Part shown: positions 19,677 to 29,552 of the stretch, piece by piece | How the letters are laid out: every line of letters starts with the position of its first letter | How positions within the stretch are numbered: the first letter of the stretch is position 1 | NCBI GenBank assembly: GCA_963708075.1 | Contig: OY970194.1 | Coordinates: 5,600,001-5,664,000 of the forward strand | Direction of reading: 5' to 3' | DNA length: 64,000 bases | From: Sedimentisphaerales bacterium | Lineage (GTDB): Bacteria; Planctomycetota; Phycisphaerae; Sedimentisphaerales; Anaerobacaceae | Translations under genes and position numbers: made by a program | Notes under the pieces: generated by a model | Database searches by the model: none | The model's input: the letters and a program-made list of their open reading frames with translations, nothing else | Told to the model about the DNA's origin: nothing

Positions 19677-21011
19677 ATGGTCCGGCATGGGAATGTCACG
19701 CGTCGCGGTTTTCTCAGGGGGACAACCGGTCTTGCGTTGGGGGCGGTCGGGCTTCCGTATGTCGTTCGCTCCACGGCCCTGGGTGGGTCGGGGGCTATCG
19801 TGCCGAGCGAGCGGATCACCGTTGGCTGCGTCGGCACCGGTCCGCAGGGGACGTATGTGATGCAGAACTTCCTCGGGCAGGGGGACTGCCGGGTCGTGGC
19901 GATCTGCGATCTCAAGGCCCCGGTCCGCGAGGCCACCAAGAAGCTGGTGGATGGGCACTACAAGAACAACGATTGTGTCACTTATACGGACTTTCGCGAG
20001 TTGATCGCTCGCCCTGATATTGACGTGGTCACGGTCGCGACGTGCGACCATTGGCATGTCCTGGTGGCGCTGGAGGCGGCGCGGGCGGGCAAGGACCTCT
20101 ACGTCGAGAAGCCGATGGGCTTGAGCCTGGCCGAAGATCAGGCGTTGCGCCAGGCATGTCATCAGTACGGCACGCGGTTCCAGTTCGGCACCCAGCAGCG
20201 GTCGAGCCGAGACTTTCGATTCGCCTGCGAGCTGGTGCGGAACAAGCGGATCGGCGAGCTCAAGACGATCAACGTCTGGTCGCCCGGCAGCACAGGCGGC
20301 GGCCCGCGAAACGTGACGAAGCCGCCCGAATGGATCGACTACGACATGTGGCTGGGGCCCGCCCCGTATCACGCCTACACGCCAGGCCGGGAGTCCAACT
20401 CGTGGTGGTGGTTCATCTCGGACTACGCGCTCGGGTTCATCGCCGGCTGGGGCGTCCACCCGCTCGATATCGCCCTGTGGGGCCTTGGGGACAAGATTCC
20501 GCCATTGGAGATCGAGGGCAAGGGCCAGTGGCCCGACCCCAATGGCGTGGCCGATACGGCCCTCAACTGGGACGTCACCTGCAAGCTCGACAACGGGGTC
20601 ACGATGAACTTCACCGGCTGGCCCATGCGCGACGAATGGGTGAAGCGATACGGGCAGCTTGAATCACACGGTACGGCGTTCGAGGGCACCGACGGCTGGG
20701 TCGTCGTGGATCGCGCCCGCATTCAGGCCCAGCCGAAGGAGTTGCTCGATACCCAGTGGGGCCCGAACGATACCCGGCTGTACGAGAGCAATCACCACGC
20801 GAGAAACCTGCTCGACTGCGTCCGCAGCCGCAAGGACACGATCTGCCCGATTGACGTGGCGGTCCAGGCGGATACACTGTGCCAGATCAGCGACATCGCC
20901 ATTCGACAGGAACAGAAGCTGCGATGGGACCCGGCGAAGGAACGCTTCGTCAACAATGACGCTGCCAACCGCCGCCTGGTCCGCTCAATGCGAAGTCCCT
21001 GGCGGTTGTGA
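19677..21011 (+). CDS. Tat-exported Gfo/Idh/MocA oxidoreductase
   Basis: TRRGFL twin-arginine signal; GTGPQG, 'DHWH', 'KDLYVEKP', GTQQRS, WGVHPLD. Confidence 0.92.
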   Translation: MVRHGNVTRRGFLRGTTGLALGAVGLPYVVRSTALGGSGAIVPSERITVGCVGTGPQGTYVMQNFLGQGDCRVVAICDLKAPVREATKKLVDGHYKNNDCVTYTDFRELIARPDIDVVTVATCDHWHVLVALEAARAGKDLYVEKPMGLSLAEDQALRQACHQYGTRFQFGTQQRSSRDFRFACELVRNKRIGELKTINVWSPGSTGGGPRNVTKPPEWIDYDMWLGPAPYHAYTPGRESNSWWWFISDYALGFIAGWGVHPLDIALWGLGDKIPPLEIEGKGQWPDPNGVADTALNWDVTCKLDNGVTMNFTGWPMRDEWVKRYGQLESHGTAFEGTDGWVVVDRARIQAQPKELLDTQWGPNDTRLYESNHHARNLLDCVRSRKDTICPIDVAVQADTLCQISDIAIRQEQKLRWDPAKERFVNNDAANRRLVRSMRSPWRL

Positions 21012-21133
21012 GGATATGTGATTCTGGGCGGCCCTGCACCATCGGCAAGCTGCGCTTGCCGCTGCCACCCGGTTCGTAGGGTGTGCTATGCACACCAGTT
21101 GCTCATCAATGGAGTGATTAAGGAGAAAAGAAG

Positions 21134-21784
21134 ATGGCAAGGTACGGGGTTCTACTGCTGGTGTGTGCCTGCGTTCTGATGGCAGGCTGTCAAACGTGCC
21201 CGATATGCAGCAAGATGACAGGCTGGAAGCCGCTGTTCGACGGCAAATCGCTCGATGGCTGGCGGGCCAGCGAGAACAAGGACACGTTCACCGTCAAAGA
21301 CGGCGAGATCATCGCGCACGGCCCGCGAAGTCACCTGTTCTATGTCGGCCCGGTCAACAATGCCAATTTCCAGAATTTCGAGATCAAGGCGGACGTCAAG
21401 ACCACGATCGGCTCCAACTCCGGCATCTACTTCCATACGGAGTACCAGGAAACGGACTGGCCAGCCAAGGGCTTTGAGGTCCAGGTCAACAACACGCACA
21501 CCGATGCGAAGAAGACCGGCGGCCTGTACAACGTGAAGGACTCGAATCACCAGTCGCGGGCCTTTGACTACGAGTGGTTCACCGAGCATATCATCGTTCG
21601 GGACAAGCATGTCACGATCAAGGTGAACGGGCACACCGTCGTGGAGTGGACGGAGCCGGAGGGCTGGCAGGGGCCGCAAGGCAACCCCGGCCGCAAGATA
21701 TCCAATGGAACCTTCGCTCTCCAGGGACATGACCCCGACAGCATCGTCCATTTCAAGAACATCATGGTCAAGCCGCTGCCCTGA
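21134..21784 (+). CDS. DUF1080 (3-keto-disaccharide hydrolase family) lipoprotein
   Basis: Lipobox LMAGC; 'LFDGKSLDGW', 'NSGIYF', 'TGGLY', 'ALQGHD...FKNIMVK'. Confidence 0.9.
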   Translation: MARYGVLLLVCACVLMAGCQTCPICSKMTGWKPLFDGKSLDGWRASENKDTFTVKDGEIIAHGPRSHLFYVGPVNNANFQNFEIKADVKTTIGSNSGIYFHTEYQETDWPAKGFEVQVNNTHTDAKKTGGLYNVKDSNHQSRAFDYEWFTEHIIVRDKHVTIKVNGHTVVEWTEPEGWQGPQGNPGRKISNGTFALQGHDPDSIVHFKNIMVKPLP

Positions 21785-21814
21785 GCGGGAGTAATGTAGT
21801 CAGTATGCTCGGAG

Positions 21815-22606
21815 ATGCATCAAATGAAGAAGTGGATACAGGTAGTAGTGTGGTTGGTAGTGCTGCTGTTCGTCGTGGGGCTCCTCAGTTCCTGTCATAG
21901 TTCTACTCAGGGCTGCTCAGGCTGCTGTCAGATGGCGGACAAGACCCGGGTCGTCGTCGTTACAGGCGGGCACGACTTCGATCATGACCCGTTCTTCGCC
22001 ATGCTGAGGCAGTGCCCGAGGCTCGAAGTCACTGAGGCCGCCCAGAAGGACCACAGCGAGCTGTTCGAGGACATCAGCAACTGGAACTACGACGTGATCG
22101 TCCTGTACAACATGACGCAGAATATCTCCCCGAAGCGCCAGGCGAATTTCGTCACGCTGCTCAAAGACAAAGGCGTGGGACTGGTCGCCATGCACCATGC
22201 GGTGGGCGCGTTCCAGGAGTGGGACCAGTATCGCAAGATCATTGGCGCGAAGTACCCGCTCAAACCGCAGGACATCGATGGCGTCCATTTCGAGACAGCG
22301 ACCTATCAGCACGACGTGGACCTCAGCGCAAAGGTGATCGACTCCAAGCAGGCGATCACACGCGGCGCGAAGGATTTCGAGATTCACGATGAGGGCTACA
22401 AGGGTTGCTGGTTCGCCAAGGACAACCACGTCCTGCTGACGGTGGACCATCCGGCCAGCGATAAGACTGTGGCCTGGACCCGGACATTCGGCAAGGCCCG
22501 CGTGTTCGGCATTATGCTCGGACATGATGCCAAGGCCTACGCCAATCCGAACCTGGGCCAGCTCATGATGCGAGGCATCTGCTGGTCCGCAGGCGAGCTC
22601 AAGTAG
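21815..22606 (+). CDS. ThuA domain-containing protein
   Basis: 'VTGGHDF','GVGLVAMHHA','HDEGY','AWTRTFGKARVF..MLGHD'. Confidence 0.87.
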   Translation: MHQMKKWIQVVVWLVVLLFVVGLLSSCHSSTQGCSGCCQMADKTRVVVVTGGHDFDHDPFFAMLRQCPRLEVTEAAQKDHSELFEDISNWNYDVIVLYNMTQNISPKRQANFVTLLKDKGVGLVAMHHAVGAFQEWDQYRKIIGAKYPLKPQDIDGVHFETATYQHDVDLSAKVIDSKQAITRGAKDFEIHDEGYKGCWFAKDNHVLLTVDHPASDKTVAWTRTFGKARVFGIMLGHDAKAYANPNLGQLMMRGICWSAGELK

Positions 22607-22644
22607 GACTCGGTCCGTTGTCATCCCGACAATAAAGGGTGAGC

Positions 22645-22722
22645 GGGTGCCATGTCTACGCTTGCGTAGACATGTTGAATCGGTACAGAGAACATGCTTA
22701 TGCTTGCATAAGCATGGTACCC
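22645..22722. repeat. REP-like double hairpin, family B (GGGTGCCATGTCTACGCTTGCGTAGACATG...CATGG(T/C)ACCC)
   Basis: Copies at 52185-52263 and 59817-59894. Confidence 0.88.
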
Positions 22723-22867
22723 AGACTGATGGCTTGGTTTCTTTCAGGCATTGACCGCCGCCCCGAAGATTCTTGCTTTCGGGCGGCGGATTCCTTATAG
22801 TGATGGGCTGGCATGGCCCTCGGGCGTGACTGAGGGCGACGTGGTTATCGAGAAAAGGAGGACGAGC

Positions 22868-23854
22868 ATGTCATCAGGTCTGAATCGTCGTGCGTTTCTG
22901 AGAGACTCCATCCTCGCATCAGCCGGCGGGGCCGTGGGCCTGGGCGCCGCTTCGGCTCGCGGGGCTGAAGGCAAGCTGCCCGCGATCAAGGTCGAGCCGA
23001 ACTCGAAGGCCACGATGCCGGTGGGCAAGATCGGCAAGATGCAGGTCAGCCGCATGTTGCTGGGCGGCAACCTCCTGACCCACTACACCCACAGCCGCGA
23101 CCTCAAATACGTCTACAACCTCTGTGCGCACTACAACACAGAGGACAAGATCCATGAGACAATGGCCATCGCCGAGGCCCACGGCATCAATACGCTCTCC
23201 ATCCACAACCCGCCGGGGATCGTGCCGATGCTCAAGCGGTACCGCCAGCGCTACGGCGGCAAGATCCAGTGGATCATCTGCCCCATCGCCGAGATTACTC
23301 CCGACATGAAGGCCTACGCCGAGATGACCAAGGAGCTCGTCGATGACGGCTGCGAGGCCATCTACCTGTGGGGCGTTCGCTCCGATCCCCTCTGCGCCCA
23401 GGGCAAGATGGACCTGGTCCGCAAGGCGGTCGAGATTGCCAAGGATCTCGGCGTCCCCTCGGGCGTGGGTGCTCACGACCTGAACGTGATCGTCCAGTGC
23501 GAGAAGAACAACATCCCGGCCGACTTCTACATCAAGACGTTCCACCACCACAGATACCCCAGCGCCCCGAAGCCGAACGAGTTGAAGAACGCCTACAACG
23601 AGGTTCCCGGCTACTGGTGCAAGGACCCGCAGGGGACGATCGAGGTCATGAAGAACGTCAAGAAGCCCTGGATCTCCTTCAAGGTGATGGCCGCCGGCGC
23701 GATTCCGCCGAAGGACGCCTTCCGCTACGTCTTCGAGAACGGCGCCGACCACACGCTCGCCGGCATGTTCGACTTCGAGATCGCCGAGGACGTCCAGATC
23801 CTCAACGGCATCCTGCCCGATCTCAAGAACCGGGCGCGACCGTGGTGTAGTTGA
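22868..23854 (+). CDS. Tat-exported aldo/keto-reductase-like TIM-barrel protein
   Basis: NRRAFL Tat motif; 'VSRMLLGGN', 'KPWISFKVMAAG'; paralog at 48466-49443. Confidence 0.7.
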   Translation: MSSGLNRRAFLRDSILASAGGAVGLGAASARGAEGKLPAIKVEPNSKATMPVGKIGKMQVSRMLLGGNLLTHYTHSRDLKYVYNLCAHYNTEDKIHETMAIAEAHGINTLSIHNPPGIVPMLKRYRQRYGGKIQWIICPIAEITPDMKAYAEMTKELVDDGCEAIYLWGVRSDPLCAQGKMDLVRKAVEIAKDLGVPSGVGAHDLNVIVQCEKNNIPADFYIKTFHHHRYPSAPKPNELKNAYNEVPGYWCKDPQGTIEVMKNVKKPWISFKVMAAGAIPPKDAFRYVFENGADHTLAGMFDFEIAEDVQILNGILPDLKNRARPWCS

Positions 23855-23876
23855 TCTGGGAGACAGGACAACGGTC

Positions 23877-25418
23877 GTGGGCATCATCAATATCCGAAGG
23901 CAAGTGACAGCGAACATCCTTTGGGTGGGCCTTGTGGTCTGTCTGACGTTCGGTGTTCTGTACGGCGCCTCGGATGCCGTTGCCCCGGCGGGGCCGCGGG
24001 CGGAGCCGGCGCTTCGCCACTCGGATGTGGTCTTCATGAATGCGGCCTCGGATGAGGCGTATCGGGCTTATGGCGCCACGTTCGTCGCCTGGGGTGGAGC
24101 CGACACGGCCGAGCAAGTCAAACGCCATCACGACATGGGCATTCGCTGCACGGGCTCGATGTGGTGCCTGACGGCGGGGGCGGAGAACATCCACAAAGAT
24201 CCGAAACTGCGAGCCGCCTGTGCGGTGGACATCGAGGGCAATCCCGTTGAAGTGCCCTGGCTGTTCGACCACACGTATCAGGGGACCAAGACCTACTTTG
24301 GCTGCACGAACCATCCTGAGTTTCAGAAGCTCTGCCGCGAGCGGGTCCGCCAGGCCATGGCCGGCAGGGCGGATGGCCTGCACGTGGACGACCACCTGGG
24401 GACAGCGGGCGCGGCCTGGTGGCAAGGCGGCGGCTTCTGCGACTACTGCATGAGCGGCTTTCGGGAGTATCTGAAGAAGCACGCCACGAAGGAGCAGTTG
24501 CAGCAGGCCGGCATCGAGCGGATCGACGACTTCGACTATCGTACCCTGGTTCGCAAATACGCGACAACGCGCCAGCAATACAAGAAGGTGCAACATCAAA
24601 TCCCCCTGATGGATCTGTTCCTGGTATTTCAGGCGGAGGCGGCCGCCGAGCACACGCGGCAGTTGGGGCAATTGGCCCAGGAGGTGGCCGGCCATCCGAT
24701 GTTGCTCAGCGCCAACGCCGGCCTGCCCAACAAGGCGCACACGTACGTTGTGAAGTATCTCACGCACGTTGTATGCGAAGTGGGCCAGAACGCTTCAGCA
24801 GGGACACGCCAGATCGATCATGCCATTGAGGCGTATAAGCTGGCGGCAACACTCGGCAAGCCGCTGGCGGCCACGGCATCGGGACAGGACTGGGCCTTCG
24901 TAAAGCAGAACAACTGCGAAGAGCTGGTCCGCTTCTGGATTGCTCTGGCCTATGCGCACGGGCAGCGGTTCATGACGCCGCATCCTCAACGGCAATGGTG
25001 TTTCGATGACAAGCTGGGAACCCACTGGTACGCTGCACCCATCGAGGCATACGCGCCGCTGTATCGTTTCATCCGCGAAAATGCCGGCTGGTTCGACGGC
25101 TTTGAAGCTATCGAATCGAAGGACCGTATGCCCGCCGTGCCGGCGAACGTGCTCGTGACCGTTCGCAAAAACAGCGGGGCAAACCAGGTCGTCCTGCACC
25201 TGCTCAATCGCGACTACGATCCTGCGGCCAAGAGCACCAAGGCGATCTCGAATGTGGACGTATCGCTGGATAAGGCCTTGATCTCACCGACGAAGCCCTA
25301 CGCCAGGCTCCTCTCGTACGGCGCACCCCCGCAGCAGGTCGATCTGGTGCAGGAGGCGGACGCTCTCAGACTGCGGCTGCCCGAATTGCGGTTGTGGACA
25401 TTGGCCATACTGGAATAA
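23877..25418 (+). CDS. Secreted hypothetical protein, probably glycoside-hydrolase-like TIM barrel
   Basis: Signal/TM segment; 'GCTNHPEF','ADGLHVDD','GGFCDYC..GFREYL'. Confidence 0.55.
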   Translation: MGIINIRRQVTANILWVGLVVCLTFGVLYGASDAVAPAGPRAEPALRHSDVVFMNAASDEAYRAYGATFVAWGGADTAEQVKRHHDMGIRCTGSMWCLTAGAENIHKDPKLRAACAVDIEGNPVEVPWLFDHTYQGTKTYFGCTNHPEFQKLCRERVRQAMAGRADGLHVDDHLGTAGAAWWQGGGFCDYCMSGFREYLKKHATKEQLQQAGIERIDDFDYRTLVRKYATTRQQYKKVQHQIPLMDLFLVFQAEAAAEHTRQLGQLAQEVAGHPMLLSANAGLPNKAHTYVVKYLTHVVCEVGQNASAGTRQIDHAIEAYKLAATLGKPLAATASGQDWAFVKQNNCEELVRFWIALAYAHGQRFMTPHPQRQWCFDDKLGTHWYAAPIEAYAPLYRFIRENAGWFDGFEAIESKDRMPAVPANVLVTVRKNSGANQVVLHLLNRDYDPAAKSTKAISNVDVSLDKALISPTKPYARLLSYGAPPQQVDLVQEADALRLRLPELRLWTLAILE

Positions 25419-25462
25419 GCTCGCTGACTGCTATCGCACCATGTGAAACTCATTCAGTACCA

Positions 25463-25491
25463 TTGACATTCCAACGACGGCTCGGTACGCT
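25463..25491 (+). promoter_or_regulatory. Putative sigma70 promoter, near-leaderless transcript
   Basis: TTGACA-17 bp-TACGCT, ATG 10 nt downstream. Confidence 0.55.
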
Positions 25492-25501
25492 GCCCACCTC
25501 T

Positions 25502-25849
25502 ATGTGGATCAAATCACCAATCCTGGTTATTGTGGCGACACAGTTGCTCTTTACGACGGGCGACCTGATCGCGCGGGCGAATATGCGGCATAGCCCGTTC
25601 GCGCTTTCCACGTTCCTGAAGTGGTGGTTCCTCGTGTATTTCCTGATCCGGCAGGTGGCGATGTTCGGGCAACTCTATGTGTTCTCCGCCCTGCAACTCG
25701 GCAAGACGATGGCCCTATTTGGAGCCACTTCCATCGTGGTCGTCAACGTCCTGGGCATCCTGCTGCTGGGCGAAGTCCTCTCCACTCAAGCCTATCTCGC
25801 TATCGCCCTGGTCGTATTCGCGTTTATCCTGTTGTCGATGAGCCCGTAG
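25502..25849 (+). CDS. Small 4-TM membrane protein (DMT/SMR-like)
   Basis: 115 aa, four hydrophobic helices, 'GILLLGEVLS' DMT-like motif. Confidence 0.7.
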   Translation: MWIKSPILVIVATQLLFTTGDLIARANMRHSPFALSTFLKWWFLVYFLIRQVAMFGQLYVFSALQLGKTMALFGATSIVVVNVLGILLLGEVLSTQAYLAIALVVFAFILLSMSP

Positions 25850-25918
25850 CAGGGACAGGTGCCGACCGGGTGGCAGCGGCAAGCGGGCAGCTTGCCGATG
25901 GCCCTTTGTTGCGCGGTA

Positions 25919-27331
25919 CTAATTCTTCATTGCTCCCTTTGGGACATCCTCTCGCACGACGACCGGCACAGCAGATTCAGGTCCCGCGGGCTGACGCTGG
26001 ACATCGCGGATGACGGCGTTGCCGGCACCGTACACCGACAGGGTAGACCGCGGGTACTTGCTGAAGACCTCATCGGGAATGAAGACCCGCAGGCCGTCGA
26101 TGGTCAGCCCATCGATATTGGCGAGCGTGACGTAGGAGGCTTTGCGGGCGTAAACTGTCTCGCGGCGGTCCTCCGTGTCGTACACTTTCCCGCCGACGTG
26201 CTTCTTTCTCGCGGCGTAATCGAACGGCCGATCCACTCGCATTGTGACGTTTCGCATGGAAAAATTTTCGATTCGGCCGGCGCTCATGCCCTGCACGAGG
26301 ACACCGTTGTCGCTGACAATCGTGATGTCCGAGAAGTTCAGATCGCGGATTTTGCCGACCGGCGACTCGGGGCGGCGCTTCTCGATATCGACGAAGATCG
26401 GATAGATTGAGTTCTGGAGCGAGTCACTGGCGAGCTCCGGCTTGCGGATCGTCTCGACCGTGCAGTTGGAGAAGCTGATGCGCTCGGCCGTACCGCCATC
26501 TTTGATGTACAGGCCTATCCCAACTGTCGAATTGCGGATCACGCAATTACTCACGAGGATATTGCGAAAGTCGCTGGGCGACTCGGTCCCGATCTTGACC
26601 GCCGTGGCAATCGTCTCCAGCACGCAATTCGTTACGGTGATGTCCTCGCAGGGCGCGCCCTCCCGCGTCTTGCACACGATGCAGTCGTCGCCGGCGACGA
26701 TGTGGCAGTTGGAGATCCGCACGCTTTTGCACGAGACCGGGTCGATCCCGTCGGCGTTGACCCGGTAGTAATTGTTCAGAATACTCACGCCGTCGATGAC
26801 AACGTTCTCGCAGCGTTCCAGGTCGAACGTCCAACTGTCGCTGAATCGCACGGTGACATCGCGGATCGTGACGTCTCTGCACCGCACAAGCTCCAGGATG
26901 CCCACGCGAAATTCCGGCCGCTGCTCGGGCTTGTCTGTCTTCTTACGCGCCAGGTCCGCCTCGCCCGTGCCGTGAATGGTCCCTCGCCCCTCAATTGTGA
27001 CATTGCCTTGGCCTTCGGCAAACAGGAACCGATTGCCTTTGCTGTAGTCCTCCTTTTTCGGGCTGACCCAGAGGGTGGCGCCTGCCTCGATGTGCAGCGT
27101 GACATTGCTCTTGAGAGCCAACTGTCCGCAGAGATAATTGCCGGCGGGCACGAAGACGGTCCCGCCTCCCGCCGCCGCACACTGATCGATAGCCGCCTGA
27201 ATCGCCGGCCCGGAATTGGTCTGCTTGTCCCCCTTGGCGCCAAGCTCCGTTACATCCCATACTTTGGCGCTGCACGGAAGGACTGCGAACAGGAATATGG
27301 ATAGACTTGTCAGGGTTCTTCTTGCAGCCAT
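25919..27331 (-). CDS. GH28 polygalacturonase-like beta-helix protein
   Basis: 'AIQAAIDQC..GGGTVFVPAG','NADGIDP','GDDCIVCK','KIGTES'. Confidence 0.88.
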   Translation of the reverse strand: MAARRTLTSLSIFLFAVLPCSAKVWDVTELGAKGDKQTNSGPAIQAAIDQCAAAGGGTVFVPAGNYLCGQLALKSNVTLHIEAGATLWVSPKKEDYSKGNRFLFAEGQGNVTIEGRGTIHGTGEADLARKKTDKPEQRPEFRVGILELVRCRDVTIRDVTVRFSDSWTFDLERCENVVIDGVSILNNYYRVNADGIDPVSCKSVRISNCHIVAGDDCIVCKTREGAPCEDITVTNCVLETIATAVKIGTESPSDFRNILVSNCVIRNSTVGIGLYIKDGGTAERISFSNCTVETIRKPELASDSLQNSIYPIFVDIEKRRPESPVGKIRDLNFSDITIVSDNGVLVQGMSAGRIENFSMRNVTMRVDRPFDYAARKKHVGGKVYDTEDRRETVYARKASYVTLANIDGLTIDGLRVFIPDEVFSKYPRSTLSVYGAGNAVIRDVQRQPAGPESAVPVVVREDVPKGAMKN

Positions 27332-27612
27332 GCCTGTGATCCTCCTTTGCCTGCTGTCGCACGCGGCTATTCACCCCAGATCGGGATTCATCCGTTGCCG
27401 GGCGGATCATGACGTTATCGATTACGCGCCATCGTAACCGATTCGGCGTACGCGTCAACTATCCAACCGGCAGGTCCATGCCTGTGCGGATTTCAGGGTA
27501 CTGTGCTATGTGGCATCGACAAACTGGGCTTGCCGATGCCACCCGACTACCGGATCATTTTCACAGACACGCAGGTCCCCATCGGTTTATCACCGACAGG
27601 GCTGCGGCTCGC

Positions 27613-27939
27613 TCACTGGATCGTGACGGCGGTGCCGCTGACGCTGACCATGAGCATTGCGCCCTGCCCGCCTACCGTTTCGATGTCCAGGTCGATTCCC
27701 ACGACGGCATTGGCGCCGAGGTCCACGGCCTCCTGCTGCATCTCCTCGAAGGCGATCTCGCGGGCCTTTCGGAACGCGTTCTCGTATGCCCCTGAACGTC
27801 CGCCCACGATGTCGCGGACGCTTGCCATGATATCCCTGAAAATATTGGCGCCGAGAATGGCCTCGCCGATCACCACGCCGTGGTACTGCGTGATCTTCCT
27901 GCCCTCGATACTGGGAGTTGTGGATAGAATCATCGTCAT
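27613..27939 (-). CDS. YbjQ/UPF0145 family protein
   Basis: '[24 protein letters not shown]','[11 protein letters not shown]','[11 protein letters not shown]'. Confidence 0.93.
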   Translation of the reverse strand: MTMILSTTPSIEGRKITQYHGVVIGEAILGANIFRDIMASVRDIVGGRSGAYENAFRKAREIAFEEMQQEAVDLGANAVVGIDLDIETVGGQGAMLMVSVSGTAVTIQ

Positions 27940-28011
27940 GTCTCCTTATCGATACCTTCTTCCTGATAGACGCATGAGAGGGCCTTTTACTCACGAATCC
28001 GGAATCCGGGC

Positions 28012-29511
28012 TCACGGTGTCTGCGTCACGAAGGCCCTGCGATCGCGCTTGCAGAGGATCTGAATCACATTGCGACCCGACATTGCGGCGGTGGGCACGC
28101 CGCCACCCGGCTCGACCCATTGTCCCGCCATGTAGAAGTTCTTCAGGCCGGGGAGAGTCTTGCTCATGTGGAAGGGAGGGAACGTCTTTTGTGTGATCAG
28201 CCAGCCCTCGAAGCTGCCTCGCCAGTTGCCGGTGTAGCGTTCCCAGGTGATGGGCGTGGCCACATCGTGCATTTCGACCTGGCCGGCCAAACCGGGATAA
28301 CGCTGATCGAGCAGGGCGATCACCTGGCCGGCGATTTTCCGCTTCTCCGCCTCGTATCGCTCGGGGTCCTGCCTCAACTCCTTCCAGTATTCATAATCGG
28401 AGGTGAGCATCACTTTCACGACCGTCTTGCCCGAGGGGGCCAGCGTTGGATCGAAGTTGTAGATCTCTACAGGGACATGCTTGTGTTCCCGCCCGCCGAT
28501 TGCGATGGATTCATCGAGAGGATAGATGACGGTCGACGGCAGCCCCTCGAACGACCGGGCGACGCCCAACGCCACATGGATCAAGGGAGGAAACAGAGGC
28601 AGTTCATCATAGTAGCCCCGGACCTTGTCGTTGATGTACCTGCCGCCCAACATATCGAAGATGGTTGCGTGACCATCGGCAGCGGAGATGGTAATGTCGC
28701 TGCGGTGCTCTGTTCCATCCGCCAGCCGAACACCTGCGGCTTTACCGTTCTCCACCATGATTTCGCTGACCTGTGAGCGATAGTGAATCTCTCCTCCCAG
28801 GTCCAGGTAACGCCGTTCGATGCGACGGGAAAACGCGAGTGAACCCCCCTGCGGATAGCCGGCGGATTTCCGATGCATCCAGGCCAGGACCATAATCACG
28901 GCCGCCATCGGAAAACCGGGCAGGTCGCCGAGCAGGGGAAGAACTTCCCGCAGGAATGGATCCGAAAACCTCTGGGCGTAATCCCGGGGCGTGAGCTTCT
29001 TCCACTTGGACATGATTCTCAGGAAGGGAAACATTCGAATCAGGAATCTGATTCCATGAATCATCCCGTACAACTCGGGCGCCCTGTCAACCGGCAGGTC
29101 GTATCTTGCACAGGCGCGTGCGGCCCCGGTCAGCTCCTCGATCACACGCGAGTCTTGAGGAGCGAGTTCCTTCATGTGCCGCTCCAGCTTGTCGATGTCC
29201 CGATAGACAACGAAGGCCTTGCCTCCTTTGCCCTCGATGCGCAGGTATTCTTCATGATCGATTATGCGCTGCCCCTGCACCGCGCCTAACTCCTCCCAGA
29301 TACGATAGAAACCGACGCCCGGCGAGGTACCCACCAGCCACGCTAAGCAGCCGTCGATGGTGTATCCCTTGCGTTTCCAGGAGGTGCATAATCCGCCGGG
29401 GCTGTCGTGCATCTCGAAGATCCGCGTTCGATAGCCGTTCATCTGCCCATAGCACCCGGTAGCCAGACCGGCGATGCCGGCCCCAACGACGGTGATCGAT
29501 TTCTGCTCCAT
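28012..29511 (-). CDS. FAD-dependent oxidoreductase, phytoene desaturase family
   Basis: GAGIAG Rossmann motif; 'PGGLCTSWKRKGYTIDG','ATPITWERYT','FYMAGQWVEPGGG'. Confidence 0.88.
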   Translation of the reverse strand: MEQKSITVVGAGIAGLATGCYGQMNGYRTRIFEMHDSPGGLCTSWKRKGYTIDGCLAWLVGTSPGVGFYRIWEELGAVQGQRIIDHEEYLRIEGKGGKAFVVYRDIDKLERHMKELAPQDSRVIEELTGAARACARYDLPVDRAPELYGMIHGIRFLIRMFPFLRIMSKWKKLTPRDYAQRFSDPFLREVLPLLGDLPGFPMAAVIMVLAWMHRKSAGYPQGGSLAFSRRIERRYLDLGGEIHYRSQVSEIMVENGKAAGVRLADGTEHRSDITISAADGHATIFDMLGGRYINDKVRGYYDELPLFPPLIHVALGVARSFEGLPSTVIYPLDESIAIGGREHKHVPVEIYNFDPTLAPSGKTVVKVMLTSDYEYWKELRQDPERYEAEKRKIAGQVIALLDQRYPGLAGQVEMHDVATPITWERYTGNWRGSFEGWLITQKTFPPFHMSKTLPGLKNFYMAGQWVEPGGGVPTAAMSGRNVIQILCKRDRRAFVTQTP

Positions 29512-29552
29512 GGTTCTCGCCTCTCAGCATTCAGGCCGGGACACGCTGCACT

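Noticed and set aside
28012..29511. Carotenoid biosynthesis (crtI)
   Set aside because: Family-level similarity only; no crtB/crtE neighbours.
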